Shown here one piece after another: positions 1 to 12,765 of a stretch of 64,000 nt of DNA (positions are counted from its first letter, which is position 1; every line of letters starts with the position of its first letter). The translations under genes and the position numbers were made by a program. The notes under the pieces were generated by a model, which was not told where the DNA came from, did no database searches, and was given only the letters and a program-made list of their open reading frames with translations. Where the stretch lies: NCBI RefSeq assembly GCF_040938485.1, contig NW_027271450.1, forward strand, positions 992,001 through 1,056,000. The letters are read 5' to 3'. The stretch comes from Diadema antillarum (lineage: Eukaryota).

Positions 1-250
1 TCAATGCTTATCAGTCTATCGATCATATAATTTCTTGTATTACGTGTGGGGGGAATGCAGCCTACAAGCTCAGCTTTTTAGCATTCCTCCCCATTTCCAA
101 CATTTTCCTATACCTACAAGTTTTCTGTAAATTTATCCTTTACTTTGTATGATGAAATTTATGCACTGTATTCAATTTTTGTAATATATTTATATGTTTT
201 TGTTGGAAATGAAAAATAAATGAATGAATGAATGAATGAATGAATGAATG
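1..250 (+). mobile_element. 3' end of a CR1/L2-type LINE
   Basis: AT-rich 3' UTR-like tract, AATAAA at 214-219, then a (TGAA)n tail to about 249. No coding part in the window. Confidence 0.5.
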
Positions 251-479
251 TTAAAAAGATCTGAAACAAAGAAATAGCATGATTTGAATTTGAATGAACA
301 CGTTTGGAATTTGACTGTCTTTCGCGAAATTTAATGACTGAAATACACTTTTCGGCAAGTCAAGGCGAATTTGAATGAACGTAGGGTACCAGCCAATTTG
401 AATACCCATTTTACGAATTCGAACCTTCTATCAAAATTAATGAACGGACAAAAGTGCAAAATTGGCTGGGAAAACCTAA

Positions 480-1565
480 CTGGCTTTGATGTTTTGGGTA
501 TCTATGATGTAAACTAAGGCCTACTTCGATTGTAAAAGAAAAACAACTATGACTCTTTTCAGCTAAATGATGTCATAATAATTATGTGGGGGGGGGGGGC
601 ACTTTATGGCTACTGTAACCTGGGCCCAGTACAAGATGAAATGACTGGTTGTCGTAATATATGGTCATCTTGGTTGTGCACTATACAGAAGTATGCTTCC
701 GTTTGCAAATTTCTTGAGTGTTTTGCTACTGTAACCTATGGGACCCCGTATACAGGATAAGATGACTTGCATTAGTGTTTGTGATATCTCTGTTCAGTAG
801 GCCCTGATATTAACGTTACAAAAGAATTTGTAAGACCATTTTCAGCTGATTCACAGTACATGACCGATGCAGGGCTGCCAACTCTCACGCAATCAGCGTG
901 AGACTCACGCAATTCAACCAATTTTGACTGTCTCACTCTGATAAACGAAATCTCACGCTAAACCCCCAAAATGGAATGTAAAAAAAATAAATATATCTCT
1001 AAATTCTCTGATATTCCGAATATCGATATGCCCAAGCCCAAAGTTTCGAGATTTTCCCGATCGTTTTCGGTTCGCGCGCAAAGACGAGCTATTGGATTAC
1101 GATTGGTTTCTACCATACCGCGTGAGCGTAGCTTGTACTTATGGCAAATTACAGTATGTATAGCAATGACGTGTGCTTTACATCGCTTGACGTACTGTGT
1201 ACATACTAGTAGTACGTACGTTCGTACGGCCGCACAGCAGGCCGCCATGCGCTAGCCAGGAGGTCGCTCCGCTCCCTCATGCAGTGTCTCACGCCAAACT
1301 CTCACTCAAGGTTGGCAGCCCTGCCGATGGGACACTGTGGAGCTACTGTCTAGGGCTCTGTGCAGGATGAAATAACTAGCCTTGGTGTGTTGAATATCTC
1401 TGATAGGTACTTCTTCCAGTGCAAAAGAAATTACCCGTGTTTGGGGCTATACTGTGCGGGGCCCCATACAGAATAAAATAACTGGCTTTGGTATTTTGGA
1501 TATCTCTGATGGGTACTACTTCCATTGCAAAAGAAATTAGCCGCGACCCTTTTCAGCTGAATGAA

Positions 1566-1617
<52 letters not shown>

Positions 1618-1767
1618 GTGTATGTGGAGGGGGGGGGCACTTTGGGGCTACTGTCTGGGGCCCCGTTCAGGATAAAATAACTGGCTTTGGTGCTTTGGAT
1701 ATCTCTGATGGGTATACTTCCATTGCAAAAGAAATTAGCCGTGACCCATTTTGGCTGAATGAAACTA

Positions 1768-1822
<55 letters not shown>

Positions 1823-3340
1823 GGGGGTGCACTTCGGGGCTACTGTCTGGGACCCCGTACAGGATAAAATAACTGGCTTTAGTGTTTTGGATATCTCTGA
1901 TGAGTATGCCTACTACCAATTGTAAAAGAAAGTAGCCATGACCCTTTTCAGCTGAACAAAATCAATGTGTGTGTGTGTGGGGGGGGGGGGGGGGGGAGGG
2001 AGCAATTTGGGGCTACTGACTGGGGCCCCGTGCAGGATAAAATAGCTGGCTTTGGTATTTTGGATATCTCTGATGGGTACTACTTCCATTGCAAAAGAAA
2101 TTAGCCGTGACTCTTCTCAGCTGAATGAAACTAGTGTGGATGTGTGTGTTGGGGGGGGGGGGGGGGGGGGGAGCTCCTTTGGGGCTACTGTCCGGGGCCC
2201 CGTACTGGATAACATAGCTGACTTTGGTGTTTTTGATATCTCTGATGGGTACTCCTTCCAATGCAAATGAAATTAGCCGTGACTCTTCTCAGCTGCACGA
2301 ATGAAATCAATGTTTGTGTGTGTTTGTACGTATGGCCTATGGTGTGTGTGTGGGGGGGGGGAGGGGGAGGGGGTAAGGGGACAATTTGGGGCTACTGTCT
2401 GGGGCTACTGTCTGGGGCCCCATGCAGGATAAAATAACTGGCTTTGGTATTTTGGATTTCTCTGATGGGTACTAATTCCATTGCAAAAGAAATTAGCCGT
2501 GACCCTTTTTCAGCTGAATGAAACTATTGTGTGAGTATGTGTGTTGGGGGGGGGGGGGCACTTTGGGGCTACTGTCTAGGGCCCCGTACAGGACAAAATA
2601 ACTGGCTTTGGTGTTTTGTATGTCTCTGATGGGTACTACTTCCATTGCAAATGAAATTAGCCGTTATACTCTTATCAGCTGAATAAAGTCAATGTGTGTG
2701 TGTGTGTTTGTACGTATAGGGCGTATAGGGGGTGGGGCACTTTGGGGCTACTGTCTGGGGCCCCGTGCAGGATAAAATAGCTGGCTTTGGTGTTTTGGAT
2801 ATCTCTGATTGGTACTCCTTCCATTGCAAAAGAAATTAGCCCTGAATCTTTTTAATTGAATAAAATCAATGTTTGTGTGTGTTTATACGTAGGCCTATGG
2901 GGGGTGGGGCCCTTTGGGGCTACTGTCTAGGGCCCCGTACAGGATAAAATAGCTGGCATTGGTGTTTTGGATATCTCTGATGGGAACTACTTCCATTGCA
3001 AAAGAAATTAGCCGTGACCCTTTTCAGCTGAATAACACCATATTTCTGGGGCCCTTTGGGGCTACTGTCTGGGGCCCCGTACAGGATAAAATAGCTGGCA
3101 TTGCTGTTTTCATGATAAGTACACCCAAAGGAACAATATCCACCAAATTTTGTCCGTGACCCCCTTCGGCTGAATAAATCCATTTTTCGGGGTCCCTTTT
3201 TGTGGTCCCTAGGCTTACGGTACAGGATGTGACTTGCCAGCAATGCATTTTATTGACCCTTGGACACATCCCTATATGATGAGACCAATAAAAAGTGTGA
3301 CCCTTTTCAGCTGAATAAATCTTCTGGGCCCCCGGTCTAT
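480..3340. repeat. Compound tandem satellite: about 12-13 units, conserved ~125-bp core plus variable (GT)n and G-run
   Basis: Core GGGGCTACTGTCTGGGGCCCCGTACAGGATAAAAT...GATATCTCTGATGGGTAC...TTTCAGCTGAAT recurs; core marker near 1500, 1700, 1891, 2064, 2236, 2456, 2620, 2799, 2970 (period about 164-220 bp). Units are degenerate at both edges. Confidence 0.9.
870..1323. mobile_element. Non-autonomous TIR element (hAT-like) inserted in the satellite
   Basis: 13-bp terminal inverted repeats (TIRs) CAGGGCTGCCAAC (870) / GTTGGCAGCCCTG (1323); subterminal CTCACGC repeats; flanking direct repeat CCGATG at 864-869 and 1324-1329. Confidence 0.8.
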
Positions 3341-3371
3341 TTTGGCGTAATCTGGATAATGACCTTGTGAT

Positions 3372-4249
3372 ATTGGGAGGGCGGTGGTTACTTTGGCAGG
3401 GAGCGAAGCGACCGAGTACGAGCGAGCTTAGGGAACGGGGGGGGGGGAGGGTGTGGGAGGGGGTGTTCCCCCTCCCACGGTGAGAACATTTTGCATTTTT
3501 ATGTTGTAAATGGTGAAATTTGATGCATGTTTTCCGTCTTATATCGACTTGAAACGGCCCCACATGTTTAAGGTATAGCAGGATATTTTGGTGTGGATTA
3601 TTATTGAATAATTTGCCTATAAAGTGGTAGCATATGAATAAACTTCTTGTATAAATTTATTGTTACAATTGATTACATGAATGTTGTCTGTTAAGCAATC
3701 AAACAGAAAAGGCAGGCTCACGAGGGTGTATATACAAAAGGGATATTATTTTCTCCTCCTACACGAAGGTGATTTTATATTTTCAGACCTGAAATTCAGC
3801 GATCTGGTGCAAACTTTTGGTGCAATACTTGGATTTTTTTCTAGCTCCCCCAGCCCCCCCCCCCAAAAAAAATATATATATTTATGGAAATAATTTAGAT
3901 TTTTTCAGGAAAGTGTTAATACTAAATAGCAAAATCACGGCATTTAGCTCTTATTCCGCGTGTGCATCATCTGTGTTAATGTACAAAGTCTAATGAGGTA
4001 GAGGGGGAGGGTGTGGGAGGGGGATGCCCCCTCCCAATCGACGGAGCTTTTGCGTTTTGAAATCAAGATAAAGCGATCTGAAGCACACTTTTTGTGAGAA
4101 ATTCGGGTAATGTGATTTTCCCCCGATTTTTCCCCTTTCTTTTTTTTCTTTGATTTTTTTTTCACGATCAAAAAGTGTGTGTGTGTGTGTAGGGGGGGGG
4201 GGGGGCTACAGCCCCCCAGCCCCCCCCCCCCCCGCTTCCACGGCCCCTG
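3372..4249. mobile_element. Truncated non-autonomous hAT-like element
   Basis: Right end ...CCACGGCCCCTG resembles a CAGGGG-type TIR; the block GGGAGGGTGTGGGAGGGG..CCCCTCCCA occurs twice (about 3446 and 4005). No left TIR or TSD found. Confidence 0.4.
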
Positions 4250-4907
4250 ATTACTACAATTCATTAATACATTATTATCTTACAATTACAATACATGTAC
4301 CAAACAAGTTAATCATTGGAAGTACAATGTATACACTTTTCATTTCATCGATGGTAACATGAGGCATACAATAAGTAGTACTGTATATTCATAATCATAG
4401 CCTCTTTGGTAGGAGCCCATATTGCTCGAAGTTTTAATAGCCTGTGCCAAACGTCCACCCTCTCTAGTGAATGTAAGAGGAGCGAGCAGAGGTATAGGTT
4501 CTGCGAAACCAGGCAAGCCAACATCGAGAGTCAGCTGACCAAGGTAACGGGTAGCGGATAGCGAGAGCCGCACAGCGAGGCACCCGGTTTCTGCTCTCTA
4601 TGTTCTTCGCCCTAGACCATCAGTGCTACCGACAATATTATTCAGTTCCATTCGGTTCAATTCCACCGAATCAATTTCTTTCATCCTTCTGTATTCCAAC
4701 TCTTTACATTCAGATGACCCCATCACTGCATGCCTCTGAGGCTTTAATGTTTAAGGTACACCTTTTTCTTTTAAATTACTTAAAATTCTCTTTTCTTGTG
4801 TTTTTTTTTAATCTGGTTTGTTACCGTTTTGTTATGATGACCTATTTCATTCCTCTATTGTTTATAAGTGTGAATTATATTGCATTTCCCCTTTTAAATG
4901 ATATTGT

Positions 4908-5116
4908 ACTCTCTAAAAAAATCGAGTGAAAATATATTCACTCTTAAAGGAGTGAATACAAAAAAGAGTGAATTTAGAGTGAAATTGGAGTGAATTTTGA
5001 GTGAAAATGTTCATTTTCACTCGTTTTGGAGTGACCTCAGGGATCACTCGAAGATTTAGGAGTGATCCCTGACGTCACTCCAAAACGAGTGAAAATGAAC
5101 ATTTTCACTCAAAATT
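4908..5116. repeat. Foldback palindrome with GAGTGAA iterons (MITE fragment)
   Basis: 57-bp arms 4993-5049 and 5060-5116 (1 mismatch), 10-nt loop, preceded by repeated GAGTGAA motifs. Confidence 0.75.
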
Positions 5117-8100
5117 TATTTTATATCCATCCAACGAAAAATAATTATATAAAATACATATTTTGACAAATCATATCGTATAAAAATTTGTAAGAAATAT
5201 ACAAGTCATAAACTACAATACAATCAAATAGATACCAATGAATATAACAGATACTGAGAGAGAGAGAGAGAATGCTTACTTTGCAATGATGACAACTGTC
5301 TCTATAGACTATAGACTAAACGGGAGCTTGTAATATTCGGATCACTCACAAACATTATATGCCATATATGTCTCAAAAATTTATCCATATCTCGCACCCC
5401 CTCACACGCCTTACCTCGCCAAGAATTATTGGGAGTTCAGACTCACGGTATGTGGCTAAGTTTAGGTCTGTTAGCTCGCCACTACCGAGGTGAGGGTCGA
5501 GTTAACAAATAAACCACCAAAAAAAAAGAGAGAATAATTTAGAAAATGAATTAGTTAAATACAGTCAAATAAAACAGTTTGAGGAAATTAATTTGGGATC
5601 ACAATAATCAACTTTATTCACCCGCCACCCAGGCGTGAAATATCAATGACAGACAGGTTGGTATAAGTTATTTAACAAAATGTGATCATTTCAATACAAT
5701 AACCAAACGGCAGCTTATCAATTCTCACACACATCACACTCTCAAACACACTGACCTTTTAGTTGTTTCTATTCGGGGAAGGGATAGGGAAAGTTAGTGG
5801 GGAAATGAAGTTAATATGTGTGGCCACTTACTTATTATTTTTGTTTGACGCGAGTGTCCGAATGTCCGAAGAAATGTGCACACAAAACATGAACGCGAAG
5901 GTCCTCCTTTGACGAAGCGGGTGACAGCAGGGATGGGGTGTCTCGACTCCGGGGATGGTGCGTCTGCTGCAGGGATGGGGCGTCTCCAGGGATGGGGCGG
6001 CTCTGGGAGTGGGGCATCTCAGGAACAAGGCATCTGTTCGGCTGGATCTCCTCTGCTCGTTGTGCAAAGGTTTAACACGGGCATTGCCGATTGGGGTTCT
6101 TGTTCTTTGAAGAGATGTCTTAAATTGATGAAGGCGCGGAGTTTCGATGAAATAGTCCCGTTGACAAGACTGGTATTATTTTGTTGTTCCGAATGAAATT
6201 ACTGGCGTTCACAAGAGTCCGATTTTCGTTGCTTAGGTTTCGAACGAAGTTACTGATGTCGATAATTACAAGTTCAATTTCCAGTCAAAACTTGGACTAT
6301 ATTTCAAAGATGTGCAGCTTCGGAAAAATTAGTAAGTTACAGATGAATAGTGGAGATGAACGGGAACTGGAATACGGGAGCCGAAATAGGGTTGGAGTTG
6401 GGGCTGGGACTGGGACTTCGGCCGGGGCGGCTCTGGGACTGGTCTCTCTGCTTCTCGACTCGACTCGACTCCACACTTCTTCACTTACTCCACTTACTCC
6501 ACTTAGGATTTTGGGGTAAAGGCTGGGGATATATAGGTCATTACACATTCATTAACACACCCACTAAGACATCTCACTTCACACCCACATCACTCCTCAT
6601 CTTAATCTTACTCTTTATATTTCCATCCCATAATGATTACTTTTTTGGGGAGGTCCCTGAGATTAGCTAAAATGATTGTCATCTTGGATAAGTCATCTCA
6701 TTGGTCCTAAGTATCACGATCCGCCTACAAGGGATGACAGATTAATACAAGAAATGTTCCAGGAATTAACCAAGTTGTCTTGGACATTTAAACCACGAGT
6801 CATTAGAGGGCTCCATTGGGATAGTGGTCAAGACAGATGTGTGGCAGGTTGGGTGGATGACTCACAATGACTCTTTCTGGCTAATGTTATGATCACTCCG
6901 GCCAGTCCATCTGAGCTGCCTGTCTATAAATCAAAAGGGTCTTTGTTTTGGGGAGTTACGTATAAAAAGGGCAATGACTGTCGAGGGTCAAGAACCTGCT
7001 GGCAGAAACTTTAACCTTGCACGTAACAGCATTGGGGGACTAGTCTACAAATTCAGACACAAGAGGGGGTAGATGTCTGTCGCCTTACACATATACAATT
7101 TGCTCATCTGATAACTACAGGTATAATATAAAGATATATTTTGTAGGCAGCACAGTACAGACAAAAATACAGATATGAAATGAGATTTGACGCTTGAGGA
7201 TCTTAGTAAAGGAGCTAACTTGAAGGCTGCTTCTTGCGTCAATTTTTATGCCTCAGTCTATAAGCCTATAATAGCTCATGCTTGTAAAATTCTTGCAAGT
7301 CATGAAAGGAATAAGGTAATTCTAGCCCATACGCTTGACTGTTTATAATAATTTCTAATATTCAGATTCTTAATGCCAGTCTTCATGTTAGACGTTGTTC
7401 TTGCACTAGAAATGTTAGACTTTCATAAGCTTTACACATTTAATTGACCTTTTGCAATAATAAAATTGGAGGCAAAATAATTCTCCGCATCTTCTGGAGG
7501 AGCACTGTCAAATATCCAAAGTCGTAGAATTGTTATTTTTGGGTTAAATTCTGTTTATTTTGGCATCATTTTCTTTATATCGTATTAGTTCTGTGACATC
7601 ACAGTAAAGTTTGCATATATAAAGAGGTTGGCACGTGAAACCAACACATATAGTTAAGAGAATGTCGAATTTTCCTCTTTCCGCGTGTTCAACGTTTTGC
7701 TTTCTATCTATCTAAGTTTGGAACAAGTATTATGTTTTGTTAATAGAAAAACACCTTCTATTCCTTGTTGTAATACATTACATTATTTAATGAAGTATGT
7801 TGATGATGTTTGCCGACTATTCTATATTAATCAATATTACATCATTTTGACGAGATATGTATAAAGCTTGCAGGTGAACGTAGATCCTCATTCGTTTTTT
7901 TTTTTCATTAATCTATTTCCATCTTAGTTTATCTTACTACCCACGCATACACACAAGCACGTCACACATAGTTTATTACTACAGTACTTGTCGTTCATTT
8001 TGATACACGTTACGACACGTGATCGATTCAGATTGTAGTTATGATGTGTTTGCTCGCCTTAATTACTCTCTATATGCCATGTTCATTCTAGACACGGATA

Positions 8101-8350
8101 TCATGTTGCGCTATCTATGCAAAATGTATTTATCATTTGAAAATGTGGCTTTAGTCGCCGCTCGCCAGAGATTGGAACAGATTGTGTTTAAGCACAATAA
8201 TTATGTTATGAATTAAAAAAAAAATGAGCAAAGAAAATGGGATTCCATCAGTTTATGTTCGTCAACAATAGACAAACTGATCTACGTGCTACAATGTTAT
8301 ACTGCACTGACTGATTCGATTTCCTAGTAATAAAGAAAATGATAAACGAA

Positions 8351-8975
8351 TTGACTAAAAAATCATTCTGAGTGCGACCAGGATGTTTAACAAGATAGTA
8401 CAATGGTTTAACTCAATGCAGTGTAACCGGGTGAAGAAAAAAAGAACACAATAGACATCAGAAATAATTTCGAACCAAATAAAATTTTAAAATTATTGTA
8501 AATTACAAAAGACGATGAAGAAGACGATATGACAATCATTACAGTCTTTAGCTTTCACTTTCTTCTTCGATTATTTCCTGTTAGTATAGCCAGTTTGGCT
8601 GAAATATAAGGAAGAGACTGTTCAACCAGGGAGGTATAGAAGCCTTTGACTGAAAAAATCATTCTGAGCGCGATCAGGATGTTTAACAAGATCAATGCTT
8701 CGACTCAGTGCAGTGTAAACGGGTGAAGAAAAAAGAAACAATACACATCAGAAATAATTTCGAACTACTAGTAAACCACGACTTCCTGTTCAAAAACTCT
8801 ATCACTAACACAGAGTTGATTCATAGCGAAGCATTTTCTTTTTACACGATGAAGAAGACAATGCGATAATTATTACAGTCTTTAGCGTTCATATTCTTCT
8901 ACGGTTGTTTCCTGTGAGTATGGCCAGTTTGACTGAGATACAATGTACTTAGTAGAAGGAAGAGATCGTCCAACG
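8351..8975. repeat. Diverged tandem duplication of about 300 bp
   Basis: TTGACT..AAAAATCATTCTGAG.GCGA.CAGGATGTTTAACAAGAT and downstream blocks repeat at about 8351 and 8646. Confidence 0.75.
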
Positions 8976-10606
8976 AAGTGAGTTCACTTACCTTGCCTAG
9001 ACACTGGTCGCTCCCAGCCAAAGAGATTTTGGGAGGAGAAAATCTCTTTGCTCCCAGCAAATCAGCACTGTAGAGGGAAATGAATCGATGGGAAGATTTC
9101 ACATGCTTATAACAATAAGGAGCCGTGGGGAAAGCCCTTCAGGCCTACCTACATACAGCCAAAGACAACCAGACGTGAATGCGCGCGCACACACACACAG
9201 ACACACACACACGCACACACACACACACACACACTCGTGGGTACTTTTTTTGTTTTTCAACAATGTTTATTCTGTTCCATTCAAAGTAATAAAAAAATAA
9301 CAATTTTCATTTGCTACAATTGAAATGACACACACATTTGCTACAATTGAAATACACACACAAGCACGCGCACACACACACCTTCATGCATGGATGCATA
9401 CATTCTTATGATGCACAAGAAGAAAGTAATCATTTAGAAGAGATTATCACTAATCCCAGCATCTATACGATTTGTTTTTATTTAACATGATTTTTTATAA
9501 ACAAACCTAAAGACGTCATGACTGATTTGCGACTCACATTAAAACCAGGCTCTTTATCGTCTAAAATACCCTCGATGAGCAATAACAATTACAAGATTTG
9601 GTTTCGCATTCTTATTCGTAAGTACACCTTGGCAACCTAGCTCGAATTTCTGTACAGAGAGGTTCAGGTATTAATGACCACTTAGCATGAACCTATTCTC
9701 CCAAAATAAAAACAAAAACCAAACCATCCTGTGTATAGCTCTCACCTTGGTTTTGTTTCCTTTTTCATTTTCCCCGAGCTTTATTTTTGTTTCCTTTCTT
9801 TCATCCTTTCTCTCTTTCGCATGACACGTGACTATCAAAATGCGCATATCTACAAAGAGCAACGAATGAACGAACCTTCAGAATAACGAACATCACCCAA
9901 TGTATCTACAATGTAGTTGGTAGACACGAATTATCCACTTGAAGTGTCAATCTCTGATTTGGTGTAATATGTTTAAGGTAAAATAATTATACCAAAGATA
10001 AAATACATCTATGTCAGAAGCAGAAAGGGGTAAAACATTGCACGTTATTATAATCAATGGAAGCAAATGAAATGAAATCGGAAAAAAACACACCTCATTA
10101 ATTTAAATGCAACATTTGGATTGATACCTTTATAGCTCAAATCTCGAGTACCTAAACTCTACTACATTTCCCTTTGATATTATTTTCTCTTAATTTGCAA
10201 GCAGTACAACACCTGCTACATGGCAATTGATTCATTCATAATGATAGAACCACCCACAAGGCCCCACTGCTCCTGGCATTTGCACTTATGATCATTGACC
10301 CACTTGTAATATTAATGTCATATGTATTCTATAACGTTTATAAAGAACAGGTATCCATTTTCTCTACACGAACATTAAAAGCATTTTCGTTTAGCCGAGT
10401 TACTACTAAATTTTAAAAGTTCACTGCTGGAACGATGTTCTAAAGACAACAACGCAGCAAACAAATTGGATGATTGCATAATTTCATCGTTAATGTACAC
10501 TGAAGCTTTCTCAGCGATAGTGGAAAAGATGCACGAAGTGTTCAATATAAAACCATCCATCCCCAGGTACAATGTGACCAATATTTACCACATTACCCTA
10601 TAAAGC

Positions 10607-10770
10607 CAGGGCCCTATTTCATTAACAAAAAAAAAAAATGTTTATGATAGCAACTCTTGCTGGAATGACGATTGTCACAGTAACGACAAGAATCCAGCTT
10701 CCTGATTGGCTGTTGCCATTGGAAGTCGCCATTCCAGCAAGAGTTGCTATCCTATAACATCTTTTGTGAC
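10607..10770. mobile_element. Short hairpin MITE
   Basis: 25-bp inverted arms 10647-10671 / 10726-10750; a related sequence lies at about 39345-39440. Confidence 0.6.
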
Positions 10771-11090
10771 AAGGGGATGGAACTCATTGTATGAGGTTCT
10801 ATAGACGCAGTGTCTCTCTTCGCAGTTTTCAGTCATCTTAAAAAAAACACCACTTTTTATTTTTTACAAAGTACCATTTGAATTATAATCCCACTAGTTA
10901 ATTCACTGCAAAAGGCCCCTATTTCAATAATATCTCCTCTATCGTTGCCCATTTAATTATTCACGCTCGAAGGCACAATATCTGGAATTCCAACAGGTAA
11001 CAATTCTTTTTTTTATACGGTTAGAAGATAGCTCCAATCATGACGTAAGCACTATACATTGTAGTAATATTTCTTTCTCTCTATTTTAGG

Positions 11091-12354
11091 TATACCCTAA
11101 AGTTGCAGGGGGCAGAATCTACCCCCACCCCCCCCCCCACCGACGTTTCGCGCTATAATTCTGTAACGCGAGGCTTATTGACTTTCTTTGTTCAAGTCTC
11201 GCGGAACTTTTGAGACCAAATTTGCAATGTCTGCGCATATTTTCACTAAGCCACGCCCATTTTTGTAACGGCATGTCGCCCCAAAACGGGCAAAATTGTG
11301 TGATTTTGTGTACATTTCCTATGGAAAACAGTGCTCTGTCATGAAAGTCATAACAACCTGATTATTTTTAAAATTGATCGCTTTTTGCTAATTATGGTAG
11401 AAAAGTGGTCAGTGACAATTTCCAATAAAAAACAAAGAAAAAAAAGTTGAAAAACAGAAATACATAAGAAATTCTGAAAACAATAAAATACATAAGAATA
11501 GAAAAGACTTTTGGAAGGTTTTGTGATGAACAATTGTTGAATATGCCAAAACAGATTTGCAGGCCCAAAGGTAGGCTCTCAGTGCTTTTTATTAGGCTAA
11601 AATATGATCTTGAGCTTAATTTACATAATTGATCAATTAAGATAAAAAAAATTATTGTTTCAAAAAATATCATGGCACAATCTTGTAGATTATGACGTGG
11701 GTGTCACGCATGCCAAATTTCGTGGCGATTGCACCTCTGATGGCCGAGATCTCGGGGGTGGGGGGCAGCATCCGCCCCCTCCGGTCTTAAGGGCTTTTTA
11801 CACTTGTAAATTTTTGCTTAGCCCCGGACCAACGGTGGGGCTAAGGGGGGGGGGGGGGGGGCCTTAGCCCCACCGTTGGTACGGGACTATCCTTAGCCCA
11901 CTTTCTGTTTACACTCGTTTTTGCCAAAGTGGGCTAGCCCCACCGATAGTACGGTACTATCTGGCCCTGCAAATTTGCAGGGGTTAGCACCGCAATTGCG
12001 GTGCCAAGCAAGTGAGTGTAAACAGAACGAAAAAATAATCCTGGGCTAAGCGAAGGAGGCGAAGTCCGACCCTCACTGACCAATCAGAAACGAGGTAATC
12101 AAGTGCTGCCGGTGCATGCGTGTACGTGTACAGTACACAGCGTAATTATGAATATTCATGTGGTTTGGAAAGTCCGGGGCTAAGAAATACGAGTGTAAAA
12201 AGGTAAGTTTTCTCCTTAGCCCCGGACAAGAGATAGTACGGGACTAATTGGCGAGTGTAAAAAGCTGAAAAAATTGGTACGGGACTAACGATAGTCCTGG
12301 GTCAGAGAAAGTCCGGGGTTAAGAAACACAAGTGTAAAAAGCCCTTTAGTATAG
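11091..12354. mobile_element. MITE with degenerate TIRs, interrupted near its right end by a second element
   Basis: Left TATACCCTAAAG..GGGGGCAGAATCTACCCC is the rough inverse of GGGGCAGCATCCGCCCCCTCCGGTCTTAGTATAG once 11790-12345 plus one TSD copy is removed. Confidence 0.5.
11790..12345. mobile_element. PIF/Harbinger-like MITE (556 bp)
   Basis: 17-bp perfect TIR AGGGCTTTTTACACTTG / CAAGTGTAAAAAGCCCT; 3-bp TSD TTA at 11787-11789 and 12346-12348. Confidence 0.85.
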
Positions 12355-12599
12355 CCAAAAAAAAAAAAAAAAAAAAGCTCGGCCTGATTTGGGTCAATGC
12401 ACGTGTAAAACCACAGGTTAAGACGTATTTCTTTTTTTTTTTCTTTCTGCCGTTCCTCTTTCAGTTCCAATTAAGAACTCTGATTTTTTCGATGTAACCC
12501 GAGGCCATCATCCCAGTCAAGCACACTTCTTATGGATGACGGTCTCTTCCAATGTCTTGTACCTCGAAATAATGATTACGTAAATTTTTATTCATAAGA

Positions 12600-12765
12600 A
12601 TGTAATTTCCTTTTATGTAATGTCTATATCATGTTACGAGTAAGATTATAGAAGTCTCTACTTGTGTCATTTTCGTTGTTAATTTGGTGTTAATCTATTG
12701 TTTTCTGTGTATTTCTATACATGTGGGCTTATAGAATTAAACAGAAACTGAAAACTGAAACTGAA
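12600..12765 (+). mobile_element. LINE 3' tail relic
   Basis: AT-rich tract ending ATTAAA followed by an (AACTGA)n-like tail. Confidence 0.4.

Noticed and set aside
480-3340. CRISPR-like repeat/spacer appearance and ORFs (1431-1925, 2013-2270, 2920-3243)
   Set aside because: Spacers are microsatellite and G-runs, repeats are over 100 bp, there are no cas genes and the context is eukaryotic. The ORFs are by-products of (GT)n repeats.
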